Positions 1 to 9,284 of a DNA stretch of 64,000 nucleotides are shown here, piece after piece. Below the pieces are notes generated by a model. That model was not told the DNA's origin, did not search any database, and saw only the letters and a list, made by a program, of their open reading frames with translations. Source of the stretch: an uncultured Gemmatimonadaceae bacterium (GTDB lineage Bacteria > Gemmatimonadota > Gemmatimonadetes > Gemmatimonadales > Gemmatimonadaceae). How positions within the stretch are numbered: the stretch's first letter is position 1; each line of letters starts with the position of its first letter. The translations under genes and the position numbers were made by a program. The stretch spans positions 32,001 through 96,000 of the forward strand of contig CAWAGQ010000005.1 of assembly GCA_963781585.1 (NCBI GenBank). Direction: 5' to 3'.

Positions 1-404
1 TGGCGGTGAGCGGCGACATCAGGACCATCTCGCCCGAGCAGCTCGAATCGGTACGCGCCGCGATGCGCCAGATCGTGTCGCAGCACCTTCCGCACACCAG
101 CTCGGAGATCGCGTTCGAAGACGGCTATCCCCCAATGGCGCCCACCGACGGGAATCGGCGGCTCTTGGCGCTCTACGATTCGGTGAGCCGCGACCTCGGT
201 CTGGGCCCGGTGGCGGCGGTTGATCCGATGCGGGCCGGCGCCGCCGACGTGTCGTTCGTGGCGCCCTTCGTGCCGAACATCATCGACGGCGTGGGGTTGG
301 CGGGATGGGACGATCACACCGAGAAGGAAACGGCGGATCTCCGGATGCTGGCGCCGCTGACGAGACGGGCTGCCGTGCTGCTGTACCGGCTGTCGCAGCG
401 CTAG
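1..404 (+). CDS. M20/M25/M40/M28 metallo-hydrolase (carboxypeptidase-like), 3' part only
   Basis: GDIRT, GAADVSF and HTEKE motifs typical of the M20 C-terminus; runs off the window edge. Confidence 0.75.
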   Translation, partial: AVSGDIRTISPEQLESVRAAMRQIVSQHLPHTSSEIAFEDGYPPMAPTDGNRRLLALYDSVSRDLGLGPVAAVDPMRAGAADVSFVAPFVPNIIDGVGLAGWDDHTEKETADLRMLAPLTRRAAVLLYRLSQR

Positions 405-407
405 TCG

Positions 408-651
408 AAATCGGGGTCAGAGTCGAATTCTCGTCAAACGGGGCAGACTCGATCTTTCGACCTGGTTCAGCCCAATTGGGGTCAGACTCGAATTCCACCA
501 CTGCATCGGCCCAAGCGTCAGCCACGGATGGAGTTAGACTCAATTGAGCGCCGAATCGAGTCTGACGCTAATTCCTGATAGGTCCAATTCCAATAGATCG
601 CCAAATCGAGTCTGACCCCAATTCCTGACAAATCGAGTCTGACCCCAATTT
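408..651. repeat. Cluster of ~20-bp REP-like repeats, consensus AATTGGGGTCAGACTCGA(A/T)TT
   Basis: Four forward copies (~408, 436, 474, 528; some degenerate) then three reverse copies (~553, 603, 630). Confidence 0.85.
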
Positions 652-656
652 TCTGG

Positions 657-1715
657 GTGGCGATGCTGGCGTGCGGGTCGGGACACGGCGCGCCGCAGGC
701 GGTGGACCAGACGATGCCGCGGCGCGAGTGGCGCGATCACCCGCCGTCGCCTCGCGAGTACGTCGCGCTTCGCCGCGACGGAGCGCTGGCGGTGGACGGA
801 CGCCTCGACGATCCGGCCTGGGCCAGGGCATCGTGGTCCGCCGACTTCACCGACATCGAGGGCGACGTGCGACCGGCACCGCGGTTTCGCACGCGCATGA
901 AGATGCTCTTCGACAGCTCGTACTGGTACATCGGCGCCGAGCTGGAGGAGCCCGATCTCTGGGCAACGATCCGGCAGCGCGACGCGGTCATCTTCCATGA
1001 CAACGATTTCGAACTGTTCGTGGACCCCGACGGCGACACGCACCGGTACGTCGAGCTCGAGATCAACGCCTTCGCGACGCCGTGGGATCTGTTCCTGCCG
1101 GTGCCCTATCGCGACGGTGGCCATGCAGTGGATTCGTTCGACATCGCCGGACTCCTGGCGCGGGTCGCGCTCGACGGCACGCTCAACGATCCGCGCGATC
1201 GTGACCGCGGATGGACCGTGGAGCTGGCCATTCCGTGGACGTCGGTCGCGGATTCGGGCCGCACTGCCGTGCCTCCGCGCGAGGGCGACGCGTGGCGGGT
1301 GAATTTCTCGCGCGTGGAGTGGGACGTGGACACGACCGCGGGATCGTACGCGAAGCGTCTGGATCGCGTGACCGGCAAGCCGCTCGCCGAGCACAACTGG
1401 GTCTGGTCGCCGCAGGGCGCGATCAACATGCACATGCCCGAGATGTGGGGGGTGGTGTGGTTCGGGCGCGCGACCGCCCCCGACAGTGCCACCCGGGCGA
1501 TACAGTGGACGCTCCGCCGCGTATACTACGCGCAGCGGGCCTATCGGCAGCGCCACGGACGGTACGCCGAAGATCCGGTCGCGTTAGGCATGGCGGCGGA
1601 GGCACGCAACCTGGTGCTGGTGACGACGGGCGATGGATGGGGCGCGTCGTTGCCCGCGCCCGGCGGTGACGGTCGCTGGCACATCCGGGCCGACGGGAGG
1701 CTCTGGCGGGAGTAG
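657..1715 (+). CDS. Carbohydrate-binding family 9-like (CBM9-like) lipoprotein
   Basis: IFHDNDFELFVDPDGD, WRVNFSRVEW and NWVWSPQGAINMHMPEMWG motifs; lipobox MLAC; start uncertain. Confidence 0.8.
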   Translation: MAMLACGSGHGAPQAVDQTMPRREWRDHPPSPREYVALRRDGALAVDGRLDDPAWARASWSADFTDIEGDVRPAPRFRTRMKMLFDSSYWYIGAELEEPDLWATIRQRDAVIFHDNDFELFVDPDGDTHRYVELEINAFATPWDLFLPVPYRDGGHAVDSFDIAGLLARVALDGTLNDPRDRDRGWTVELAIPWTSVADSGRTAVPPREGDAWRVNFSRVEWDVDTTAGSYAKRLDRVTGKPLAEHNWVWSPQGAINMHMPEMWGVVWFGRATAPDSATRAIQWTLRRVYYAQRAYRQRHGRYAEDPVALGMAAEARNLVLVTTGDGWGASLPAPGGDGRWHIRADGRLWRE

Positions 1716-1829
1716 CTGACGCGGCTCGGGCGATGCCGGAAGGGGATGCGGAGTCCGTGGTCGAGCTTTCCCGGCACTATCCCTCGGGCGCCCGACAGGC
1801 GGTTATTGATCAGCGGGACGGAGGCACCG

Positions 1830-2951
1830 ATGCGAAGACGGACATTCCTCGAGAAGCTGGGTGCGTCGCTGGCCAGCGCGACGGTCGCACCGTGGCTGGC
1901 AGCGCGCGCCGCGGCCGCCACCACCGGCCCCGGGTCCGGTCGGTACGCCGGCAGCGCCGCTGCCGCGGACTTCACGGCATGGACCTGGGTCCACGGCAAT
2001 GCCCGCGATGCCGCCCCGGAATGGCGCGCGCGCTTCGCGCGCTTCCGAGCGGCCGGCATCTCGGGCGTACTGGTCGGCGGCGGGGATACCACGACGCTGG
2101 CCGATGCCGCGCACGCCGAGGGACTGCGGTTCCATCGCTGGACGTGGATCATGAATCGCAGCAGCGACGACTGGGTGAAGAAGAACCATCCCGAGTGGTT
2201 CGACGTGAACCGGAAAGGCGAGTCGAGCCTGGATCACCCCCCGTACGTCCCGTACTACCAGTGGCTCTGTCCCACGCGACCCGAGGTCCGCGAGTATCTG
2301 CGCGGCGTGGTGGACGAGGTGGCGACCCATCCGGGGGTGGACGGCGTGCACCTCGACTACATCCGTCACCCCGACGTGATCCTCCCCAGGGGCCTGTGGT
2401 CGAAGTACCGCCTGGTGCAGGACCACGAGATGCCGGAGTACGACTTCTGTTACTGCGAGGTCTGCCGCACGGCGTTCCGCGCCCAGTCGGCCACCGATCC
2501 TCTGCAGCTGCCCGATCCCTCGGCCGATCAGGCGTGGCGCGAGTTCCGGTGGAATTCGATCACCGGCGTGGTGCGCGAGCTGTCGGGCGCGGTGCGCGGG
2601 CGCGGGAAGCAGATCACCGCCGCGGTCTTCCCCACGCCCACCATCGCCCGGAAGCTCGTCAGGCAGGCCTGGGACCAGTGGCCGCTGGATGCCGTCTTCC
2701 CGATGCTCTACCACGGGTTCTACGAGGAGGACATTCCGTGGATCGGCAGGGCGGCGCGGGAAGGCGTGCGCGCGCTGCCGGCCACCGAGCCGCTGTACGC
2801 CGGCCTGTACCTTCCCGACCTCGATCCATCATCGTTAGGCGTGGCGATCCGCGCAGCCCGGGACGGTGGTGCGCGCGGCGTCTCGTTCTTCGATTCGAAC
2901 GGACTGACCGATGGGCATCTGGCGGTTGTTCGCGACGCCCTTGAGGGGTAG
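1830..2951 (+). CDS. Tat-exported glycosyl hydrolase-like 10 family protein
   Basis: MRRRTFL Tat motif; WLCPTRPEVR, DGVHLDYIR and QAWDQW motifs. Confidence 0.75.
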   Translation: MRRRTFLEKLGASLASATVAPWLAARAAAATTGPGSGRYAGSAAAADFTAWTWVHGNARDAAPEWRARFARFRAAGISGVLVGGGDTTTLADAAHAEGLRFHRWTWIMNRSSDDWVKKNHPEWFDVNRKGESSLDHPPYVPYYQWLCPTRPEVREYLRGVVDEVATHPGVDGVHLDYIRHPDVILPRGLWSKYRLVQDHEMPEYDFCYCEVCRTAFRAQSATDPLQLPDPSADQAWREFRWNSITGVVRELSGAVRGRGKQITAAVFPTPTIARKLVRQAWDQWPLDAVFPMLYHGFYEEDIPWIGRAAREGVRALPATEPLYAGLYLPDLDPSSLGVAIRAARDGGARGVSFFDSNGLTDGHLAVVRDALEG

Positions 2952-2961
2952 ACCGGGGAGA

Positions 2962-3066
2962 AGGCCACAGGCCATAGGCCACAGGCCACAGGCCAAAGAC
3001 CATAGGCCATAGGCCAAAGGCCAAAGGCCATGACCTGAACTGGTAACCGCTGATCGCTGATAGCTG
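2962..3066. repeat. Heptamer tandem repeat (AGGCCAH) x10, followed by short GCTGAT(C/A) repeats
   Basis: Visible directly between two convergent stop codons. Confidence 0.9.
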
Positions 3067-3068
3067 CC

Positions 3069-4409
3069 CTATTTCACTACCCTCTTCATCAAACGCGCCA
3101 GCGGCCAGCTCGCCACCATCAGCGCCAGCGTGATGATCGCACTCTTCGGATCGGCGTACACCAGCGTGGCGAGTATCACCAGCGCGAACAGCAGTGCCAG
3201 CCCCGGCACCCACGGGTATCCCCACGCGCGATACGGTCGCGGCGCGTCCGGCTCGCGGCGACGCAGCACGAACAGCGACACGAACACCATTACGTAGCCG
3301 ACGATGATGAACACCGTGTCGACGCCGAGCGCGGCGTTGAACGACCCGGTGAACAGGAACGCGGCGATCGCCGCGGCGCTCAGCAGCATCGCGACCCCCG
3401 GCGTCCCGCCCTCGTTCACCAGCCCGGCCTGTCTGGGGAACAGCCCGTCCCGGCTCATCGCCAGCAGGATGCGGGGCGTCGTCATCATCTGCGCGTTCAC
3501 GGTCCCGATGACCGAGACGATCATGACGGCCCGGATGATCGCGTCGCCACGCGCTCCAAACAACGCGCGCGCAACCGTCCCGCCGACGAACGCATCTCCC
3601 GCCATGCTCGATATCGGCACGATCGTCACGAAGGCGGCGTTCACCAGCAGGTAGATGGCGATGATCAGCAGCAGCCCCCGGAAGATCGACTTCGGGATGG
3701 CGCGGCCCGCATCGCGGATTTCCTCTCCGCAATAGACCACCGCGTAGTAGCTGTCGTAGGTGAAGACAATCCCCTGCATCGCGAGCGCAAGCGCGGCCAC
3801 CATCGCCAATCCACCCGGCATTGCCGCCGCCGCACCCGCGTCGATCGCAGTGTGCGGAAGGAAGAACGCCGCGGCGATCAGACCCACCAGCGCCACGGTC
3901 TTGAGGACGCTGGTCACCTCCTGCATGCGCCCGCCCCACAGCACGCCCCGCAATTGCAGCAGCACGATGCCGGCGAACACCGCGAACCCGGTGAGCGTCG
4001 GGTGTCCCGCGAGCGGCGCGATCAGGACGCCGAGGTATTCGCCGATCAGCAGGATCAGCGCGGCCGACGACACCGACCAGTTCATCCAGTCGGCGGCGCC
4101 CACGAAGAAGCCGACGCCGTCGCCCATCGCGCGCTGCGCGAAGGTGTAGATCCCCCCCGACCGGGGGATCATCGTTCCCAGCTCGGCGTAGGCGGTGGCG
4201 CCAAGCAGCGCGTTCACCGCGCCGAACACCCACACCGCCAGGAACAGCGTGACGTCAGGCAGCTGCCGTGCCACGTCGCCCGGCGTGTGGAGGATGCCGC
4301 CGCCGATCGTCGCACCGATGGCGATCGCCAGCGCGAACGCCGATCCGAGGACCCGCAGCAGCCCCCGTGGGTGTGGGTGTACCGATTGGGCCTCTGCCGT
4401 CACGACCAT
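3069..4409 (-). CDS. APC family amino acid permease
   Basis: IGGGI, YAELGTMIPRSGG, GEEIRD and RPYRAWGYPW motifs; ~12 hydrophobic segments. Confidence 0.9.
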   Translation of the reverse strand: MVVTAEAQSVHPHPRGLLRVLGSAFALAIAIGATIGGGILHTPGDVARQLPDVTLFLAVWVFGAVNALLGATAYAELGTMIPRSGGIYTFAQRAMGDGVGFFVGAADWMNWSVSSAALILLIGEYLGVLIAPLAGHPTLTGFAVFAGIVLLQLRGVLWGGRMQEVTSVLKTVALVGLIAAAFFLPHTAIDAGAAAAMPGGLAMVAALALAMQGIVFTYDSYYAVVYCGEEIRDAGRAIPKSIFRGLLLIIAIYLLVNAAFVTIVPISSMAGDAFVGGTVARALFGARGDAIIRAVMIVSVIGTVNAQMMTTPRILLAMSRDGLFPRQAGLVNEGGTPGVAMLLSAAAIAAFLFTGSFNAALGVDTVFIIVGYVMVFVSLFVLRRREPDAPRPYRAWGYPWVPGLALLFALVILATLVYADPKSAIITLALMVASWPLARLMKRVVK

Positions 4410-4481
4410 ATTCGCGATGGCCTCAGCAGGCGGCCGGCGCGCCGGCCGACAGCGAAGGCGGTACGGACATTGCCGCGCCGC

Positions 4482-5993
4482 TCACCGCCCAATACGCACC
4501 ACCAGCTCCTTGCCGTGCCATTCGGCCGGGTCGACATCGCGCCCGAGCGCCGTCACCCGTCGTGTGCCCGACGGGTAGGTGACCTCCACGTCCACGTGCC
4601 CGGGCGTCGCGAGCCCGAAGTGCACCGGCATGTCGCTCTGCGCGTCGTACCCCGACCCGCTGTCCACCAGCCGCGTGCCGAGCAACTGGCGGGTTCCGCT
4701 GGCGTAGAGCCGCACCTCGGCGCCGCTCCGCGTGGCATGCCCCGAGTCGTCCAGCACCCGTACCGCGAGCGAGCGCGCCGCCGCGTCCGGCGCGAGCATG
4801 TTGCGCAGGAGATAGTGCATGCCGTCGGGCCGCGATCCGGTGAGCGCCAGATCCTCGTCGCCGTCACGATCGAAGTCGGCCCACTCCACACCATGATCGG
4901 CCTGGAGCGTCACGATGTTCTGCGGCGTCACGTCCTCGAAGCGCGTGCCGGTGTTGCGAAGGAGGTAATCGCGGTAACTCACGCCGCCGGTGACGGTGCC
5001 GTTCACGTACAGGTCGAGCCGGCCGTCGTGATCGAAATCGGCGAACGCGCAGGCGTCGTAGCGGGAGTCGATGCCGATGCCCCAGGCCGCCGACGCATCC
5101 TCGAAGCGCAAGCCGTTCCGCCGGAGGAACAGCCCGTTCCGTCCATAGTTGGCGGCGAACAGGTCGAGATGCCCGTCGCCGTCCACGTCGGCGGCGCACG
5201 GACGGACCGTCCCGTTGGTGGAATCGTCAGGCAGGCGACCGCCCCAGTTCACGCCCTCGATGGCCGCCACATCGACAAATCGGCCGCCGTCGTTGCGGAA
5301 CAGCCCGTTCGCGTCGGCATCCATATTCGCCACGTACACGTCCAGGTCGCCGTCCTCGTCGAAGTCGAACCACACCGCGCCCACGCTGCGCCGGGGATCG
5401 TCGAGCCCCACCGGCCGCGCGACGTCCGTGAACTGGCCGCGGTCGTTCCGGTACAGCGCGTTGGGCCGGTCGCGGAAGGCGACGAACAGGTCGAGATCGC
5501 CGTCCCCGTCGTAATCGATCCAGACCGGCTGGCGCACCGTGCCCGAGTCGCGCTGCAGCCGGGCAGCGGCGGTCACGTCGGTGAAGTGGCCACGGTCGTT
5601 GCGATAAAGGCGCAGGACGGATCCGGCGGCGGGGGTGAATCCCACCAGCAGATCCGGATCGCCGTCGCCATCGAAGTCGCCCCACGCCGCGGCGCGCGTG
5701 GGATGGGCATCGGCCACGCCGGCCGCCGCTCCGACCTCCATGAAGGTGCCGCTGTCGTTGCGGTACAGCCGGTTGGGCGCGCCATTGAATCCGACGAAGA
5801 GATCGAGATCGCCGTCGCCGTCGAAGTCGGCGAACGCGTTGGTGAGCGCGCCGCCCGCGGCGAACAGGTCGGGCTGCACGACCTCGAACGCCGGTGGTCC
5901 GTTCTGACGGAGTGTGCCGGTCGCCACGAGCAGGCCCGCGACCGCCGCCAGATAGCCACGCCGCCGACTGCCGCGAAGGCGCGGCTGGGGCAT
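4482..5993 (-). CDS. CRTAC1-like FG-GAP repeat protein with ASPIC/UnbV C-terminal domain
   Basis: Repeated DFDGDGDLDL motifs; C-terminal GSGYDAQSDMPVHFGL; start uncertain. Confidence 0.85.
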   Translation of the reverse strand: MPQPRLRGSRRRGYLAAVAGLLVATGTLRQNGPPAFEVVQPDLFAAGGALTNAFADFDGDGDLDLFVGFNGAPNRLYRNDSGTFMEVGAAAGVADAHPTRAAAWGDFDGDGDPDLLVGFTPAAGSVLRLYRNDRGHFTDVTAAARLQRDSGTVRQPVWIDYDGDGDLDLFVAFRDRPNALYRNDRGQFTDVARPVGLDDPRRSVGAVWFDFDEDGDLDVYVANMDADANGLFRNDGGRFVDVAAIEGVNWGGRLPDDSTNGTVRPCAADVDGDGHLDLFAANYGRNGLFLRRNGLRFEDASAAWGIGIDSRYDACAFADFDHDGRLDLYVNGTVTGGVSYRDYLLRNTGTRFEDVTPQNIVTLQADHGVEWADFDRDGDEDLALTGSRPDGMHYLLRNMLAPDAAARSLAVRVLDDSGHATRSGAEVRLYASGTRQLLGTRLVDSGSGYDAQSDMPVHFGLATPGHVDVEVTYPSGTRRVTALGRDVDPAEWHGKELVVRIGR

Positions 5994-6231
5994 GAGGTCG
6001 GATGTTCCGGGGCGCTTGCCGGCCGGGATCGTACTGGTCATATGCGGGTGATGGTCGTGGACACCCCAACAATACCGCACGTGGCCGCGCTCGGTCAGGC
6101 TGAACCCGACACGCCGCCCGCCGTTCCCCGATTGCCTCCGCCACATATCGCATCCACGGTTGCTGCAGCGGCGGGAGCGCCGCCGCTACTCTCGCCTATG
6201 GCCTGGGGAGTTCCACTGCCGGGAGGCAATC

Positions 6232-6726
6232 ATGAAGGTCGAGACTCGAACCATCCTCGAACAGGGTCTGGTTGCCGGCGTCCTGGGACACATCGCCGTG
6301 GCCGTGGTCTTCGCCGTCGTGAATCTCGCCGCCGGACGTTCCGCGTTCTACACGCCGGCCCTCCTCGGCGCTTCCCTGTTCTACGGCCTCACCGATCCGG
6401 CGCAGCTGCAGATTCAGGCCGGGTACATCTTCGCCTACAACGGGACCCACCTCCTGGTCTTCATGACGCTCGGCATCATCGGCGCGTGGCTGGCATTCAT
6501 CGCCGACCGCGGATCGCAGCTCTGGTACCTGGCGATCTTCTTCTTCCTGTTCGTGGCGTTTCACATCTTCGGCTTCATCCAGCTGCTGGCGCAGCCGCTG
6601 CGCGAGTCCTTCTCCGACGTGGAGCTCTGGGGCGCGGGGTTCGTTGCCACCAGTGTGATGGTGGCGTATCTGCTTCGAGTGCACCCGCTTGTCCGGGCGG
6701 AGCTCGCGCACTGGCACGAGACGTAG
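6232..6726 (+). CDS. Hypothetical membrane protein (~4 TM)
   Basis: GGAGG RBS before the ATG; hydrophobic segments; host-like codon use. Confidence 0.75.
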   Translation: MKVETRTILEQGLVAGVLGHIAVAVVFAVVNLAAGRSAFYTPALLGASLFYGLTDPAQLQIQAGYIFAYNGTHLLVFMTLGIIGAWLAFIADRGSQLWYLAIFFFLFVAFHIFGFIQLLAQPLRESFSDVELWGAGFVATSVMVAYLLRVHPLVRAELAHWHET

Positions 6727-6753
6727 CCGCAACCAGCGACCCACCGGCCGCCG

Positions 6754-7356
6754 CTACCCGATCGGCACGAAGCGCAGCGCCGCCGAATCGATGCAGTAGC
6801 GGCGGCCGGTGGGTCGCGGACCGTCGTCAAACATGTCGCCCAGGTGCGCATCGCACCGCCTGCAACGCACTTCGCTCTCGTCAGGCGTTCTGGGATGCCA
6901 GTTGGCGGGGCCGTCGATGTTCTCGCTGGCAATAGGCTGCCAGAAGCTCGGCCACCCGGTCCCCGAGTCGAACTTGTGCTCGGACGAGAAGAGCGCGGTG
7001 CCGCAGCAGATGCAACGAAAGAGCCCGCGATCGTGGAGATTCCAGTACGCGCCCGTGAACGCGATCTCCGTGTCACCGTGCCGGGTGACCTCGAACGCGA
7101 GCGGAGAGAGCTGCGCGGCCCAGGCGCGCTCCGACTTCACGACCTTCGGCACCCGGACCGTTCGCAGGCGCACCCCCGCGTCCGAAAACTCGGCGACCAG
7201 CACTTCGGCGACTCCGGCTCGCGCGCACTCGGCAGCTGCCAGTCCGCTCCGCGCCAGCCAGACGCCGCCGATGCCGAGCGCCGTCGCGCGAACGAAGTCG
7301 CGACGCTTGACGATCGACCACTCGCGGGCTGGAGTCCGTTCCGCTTGTTGACTCAT
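6754..7356 (-). CDS. msrB: Peptide-methionine (R)-S-oxide reductase with Tat-like signal
   Basis: CxxC...[11 protein letters not shown]...CxxC..HLG...RYCIDS motifs; KRRDFV signal. Confidence 0.93.
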   Translation of the reverse strand: MSQQAERTPAREWSIVKRRDFVRATALGIGGVWLARSGLAAAECARAGVAEVLVAEFSDAGVRLRTVRVPKVVKSERAWAAQLSPLAFEVTRHGDTEIAFTGAYWNLHDRGLFRCICCGTALFSSEHKFDSGTGWPSFWQPIASENIDGPANWHPRTPDESEVRCRRCDAHLGDMFDDGPRPTGRRYCIDSAALRFVPIG

Positions 7357-7413
7357 CTGCTCAGGTCCTCCGGCGCCCCGTCGCGTCCGCGCCGGCCAGG
7401 GCAGCCCGGTCTC

Positions 7414-9036
7414 TCAACTACCGCCTCCACTCCGTGTCCGTCCCGGCGGACGGCGCAGCACGCGGCCCGGACGCGCATCGGTGAAGACGTTCTTGTCCAC
7501 CACGGGGACGCCGTTCACGATCACGTAGGGGATCCCTTCGGCATAGTGGTGGGGATCGTCGAAGGTTCCGACGTCGCGCACGGTGGCGGCATCGAAGACG
7601 GCGATGTTCGCCATGCAGCCCTCGTGCAGGCATCCCTGATCCGCGAGCCCGAGCCGGGCCGCCGGCATGCCGGTCATCTTGCGCACCGCGGTCTCGAGCG
7701 TGAGGACGTGCTCGTCGCGCACGTAGTGGCCGAGCACGCGGGGGAACGTGCCGTAGTTCCGGGGATGGGGGACGCCGTCTCCGGGTCTCGTCAGGCGGCC
7801 GTCGCTCGCGATCATCGTCATCGGATGCGCCATGATGCGCTTCACATCGCCCTCGTCCATCACGTGATACACCATCGACGCGCCTCCCTTCAGCACATCA
7901 TCGAGCACCAGCGGCGCGGCGTTCTGCGGCGTTGGCTGCAGTCCCTCCCGCACCACCTGGTCGTAGAGCGTCTTGCCGTTGAGCGTCGCGTCCCAGCCCA
8001 CGCGCGCGAACTGAACCCGCTTGAGATCGCCACCGCCGCGGTCGTTCAGCAGATACTCCACCACGCCGCGGGTGATGCTGTCCTTGAGCACGGGATCGGC
8101 GAGACGCTTCCGCAGCTCGGCGGTCCCGCCGGCCAGCGCCCACGGCGGCACCAGCACGTTGAGCCCGGTGGAGCTCGCGGTGTAGGGGTACTGATCCATC
8201 ATCACGTCGGTGCCGGCCTTGCGCGCCGAGTCGACCATGTGGAGCGTGACCACGCTCTTCCCCCACATCAGCCGGCCGATGGCCTTGTGATGGGTGAGCA
8301 CGACCGGAATGCGTGCGCGGCGTCCGATCTCCAGCGCCTCGGCGACGCCCTCGAGGAGGCCCACGCCTTCCTCGCGCAGGTGCGACGTGTAGATACCGCC
8401 GGAGTCGCCGGCGACCTGCGACAGCGCGACCACCTCATCGGTCTTCGAGTAGAACCCGGGGATGTAGCGCAGGCCGGTGCTCATGCCGAATGCCCCCTGC
8501 CCCATCGACTCCGCGACCATCTGCTCCATGCGCGCGAGCTCGGCGGGGGTGGGGTCGCGGTTTTCGGTGCCCATGACGCGGCGGCGGATGGTGTTGTGTC
8601 CGGCCAGGAAGGCGACGTTCATGCCGAGCGGGCGGGCGGCCACCGAATCGAGGTAGGCACCGAAGGGATACGGCCCGCCGCCATCCGGACCGCCTAACGC
8701 AAGTGTGACGCCCTGGCGTACCGCGCTCTGGGCATCGGGCATGACCAGGATCGGGTCGAGGTGGGCGTGGAGGTCGATGAATCCAGGCGCGACGATCAGA
8801 CCGGTAGCGTCGATCACACGTTTGGCCGACGACGCCGGGATCGGCGTGCGCGACAGCGCGACGACCCGGTCACCGGTGATGGCGACGTCGGCACGGTACC
8901 GCGCCGCGCCGGTACCGTCGATGACCGTCCCACCGGCGATGACCAGGTCGTAGCGTGGCGCCTGCGCCGACAACGGGACTCCCATCCATGGCGCGATGCT
9001 GAGCGCCATTGCGAACGCGAAGTCTTTTTGAAGCAT
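7414..9036 (-). CDS. N-acyl-D-amino-acid deacylase (D-aminoacylase)
   Basis: APGFIDLHAH, GLRYIPG, DQYPYTASST and HPRNYGTFPRVLG motifs. Confidence 0.9.
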   Translation of the reverse strand: MLQKDFAFAMALSIAPWMGVPLSAQAPRYDLVIAGGTVIDGTGAARYRADVAITGDRVVALSRTPIPASSAKRVIDATGLIVAPGFIDLHAHLDPILVMPDAQSAVRQGVTLALGGPDGGGPYPFGAYLDSVAARPLGMNVAFLAGHNTIRRRVMGTENRDPTPAELARMEQMVAESMGQGAFGMSTGLRYIPGFYSKTDEVVALSQVAGDSGGIYTSHLREEGVGLLEGVAEALEIGRRARIPVVLTHHKAIGRLMWGKSVVTLHMVDSARKAGTDVMMDQYPYTASSTGLNVLVPPWALAGGTAELRKRLADPVLKDSITRGVVEYLLNDRGGGDLKRVQFARVGWDATLNGKTLYDQVVREGLQPTPQNAAPLVLDDVLKGGASMVYHVMDEGDVKRIMAHPMTMIASDGRLTRPGDGVPHPRNYGTFPRVLGHYVRDEHVLTLETAVRKMTGMPAARLGLADQGCLHEGCMANIAVFDAATVRDVGTFDDPHHYAEGIPYVIVNGVPVVDKNVFTDARPGRVLRRPPGRTRSGGGS

Positions 9037-9063
9037 GCGAACCCGCCGAGTCTCGGAAGTTTC

Positions 9064-9175
9064 TTTGGCCTCTGACCTTTGGCCTCTGACCTTTGGCCTC
9101 TGACCTTTGGCCTCTGACCTTTGGCCTCTGACCTTTGGCCTCTGACCTTTGGCCTCTGACCTTTGGCCTCTGGCC
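9064..9175. repeat. 14-bp tandem repeat TTTGGCCTCTGACC x8 (7 perfect, 1 variant)
   Basis: Counted directly; lies between two divergent genes. Confidence 0.95.
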
Positions 9176-9284
9176 TTTAACCGTGGCCAACCGTGGCCTT
9201 GAACCTACACCGCCCCCACGCCCCTCGCTAACGCCGGGCTGCGCGAACCCCTAACATCGGTGGGCCCGGGAGCGCAGCTCTGCG

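Noticed and set aside
408..651. Possible CRISPR array
   Set aside because: Repeats switch orientation, spacing is irregular and short, and no cas genes are present.
3852..6935. 1027-aa plus-strand ORF (also 33820-36327, 43751-45631 and similar)
   Set aside because: These are antisense or alternate-frame shadows of real genes, common at high GC.
9064..9175. Possible CRISPR array or the repeat-coded ORF 8870-9190
   Set aside because: It is a pure tandem repeat without spacers, and the ORF is just the repeat's translation.
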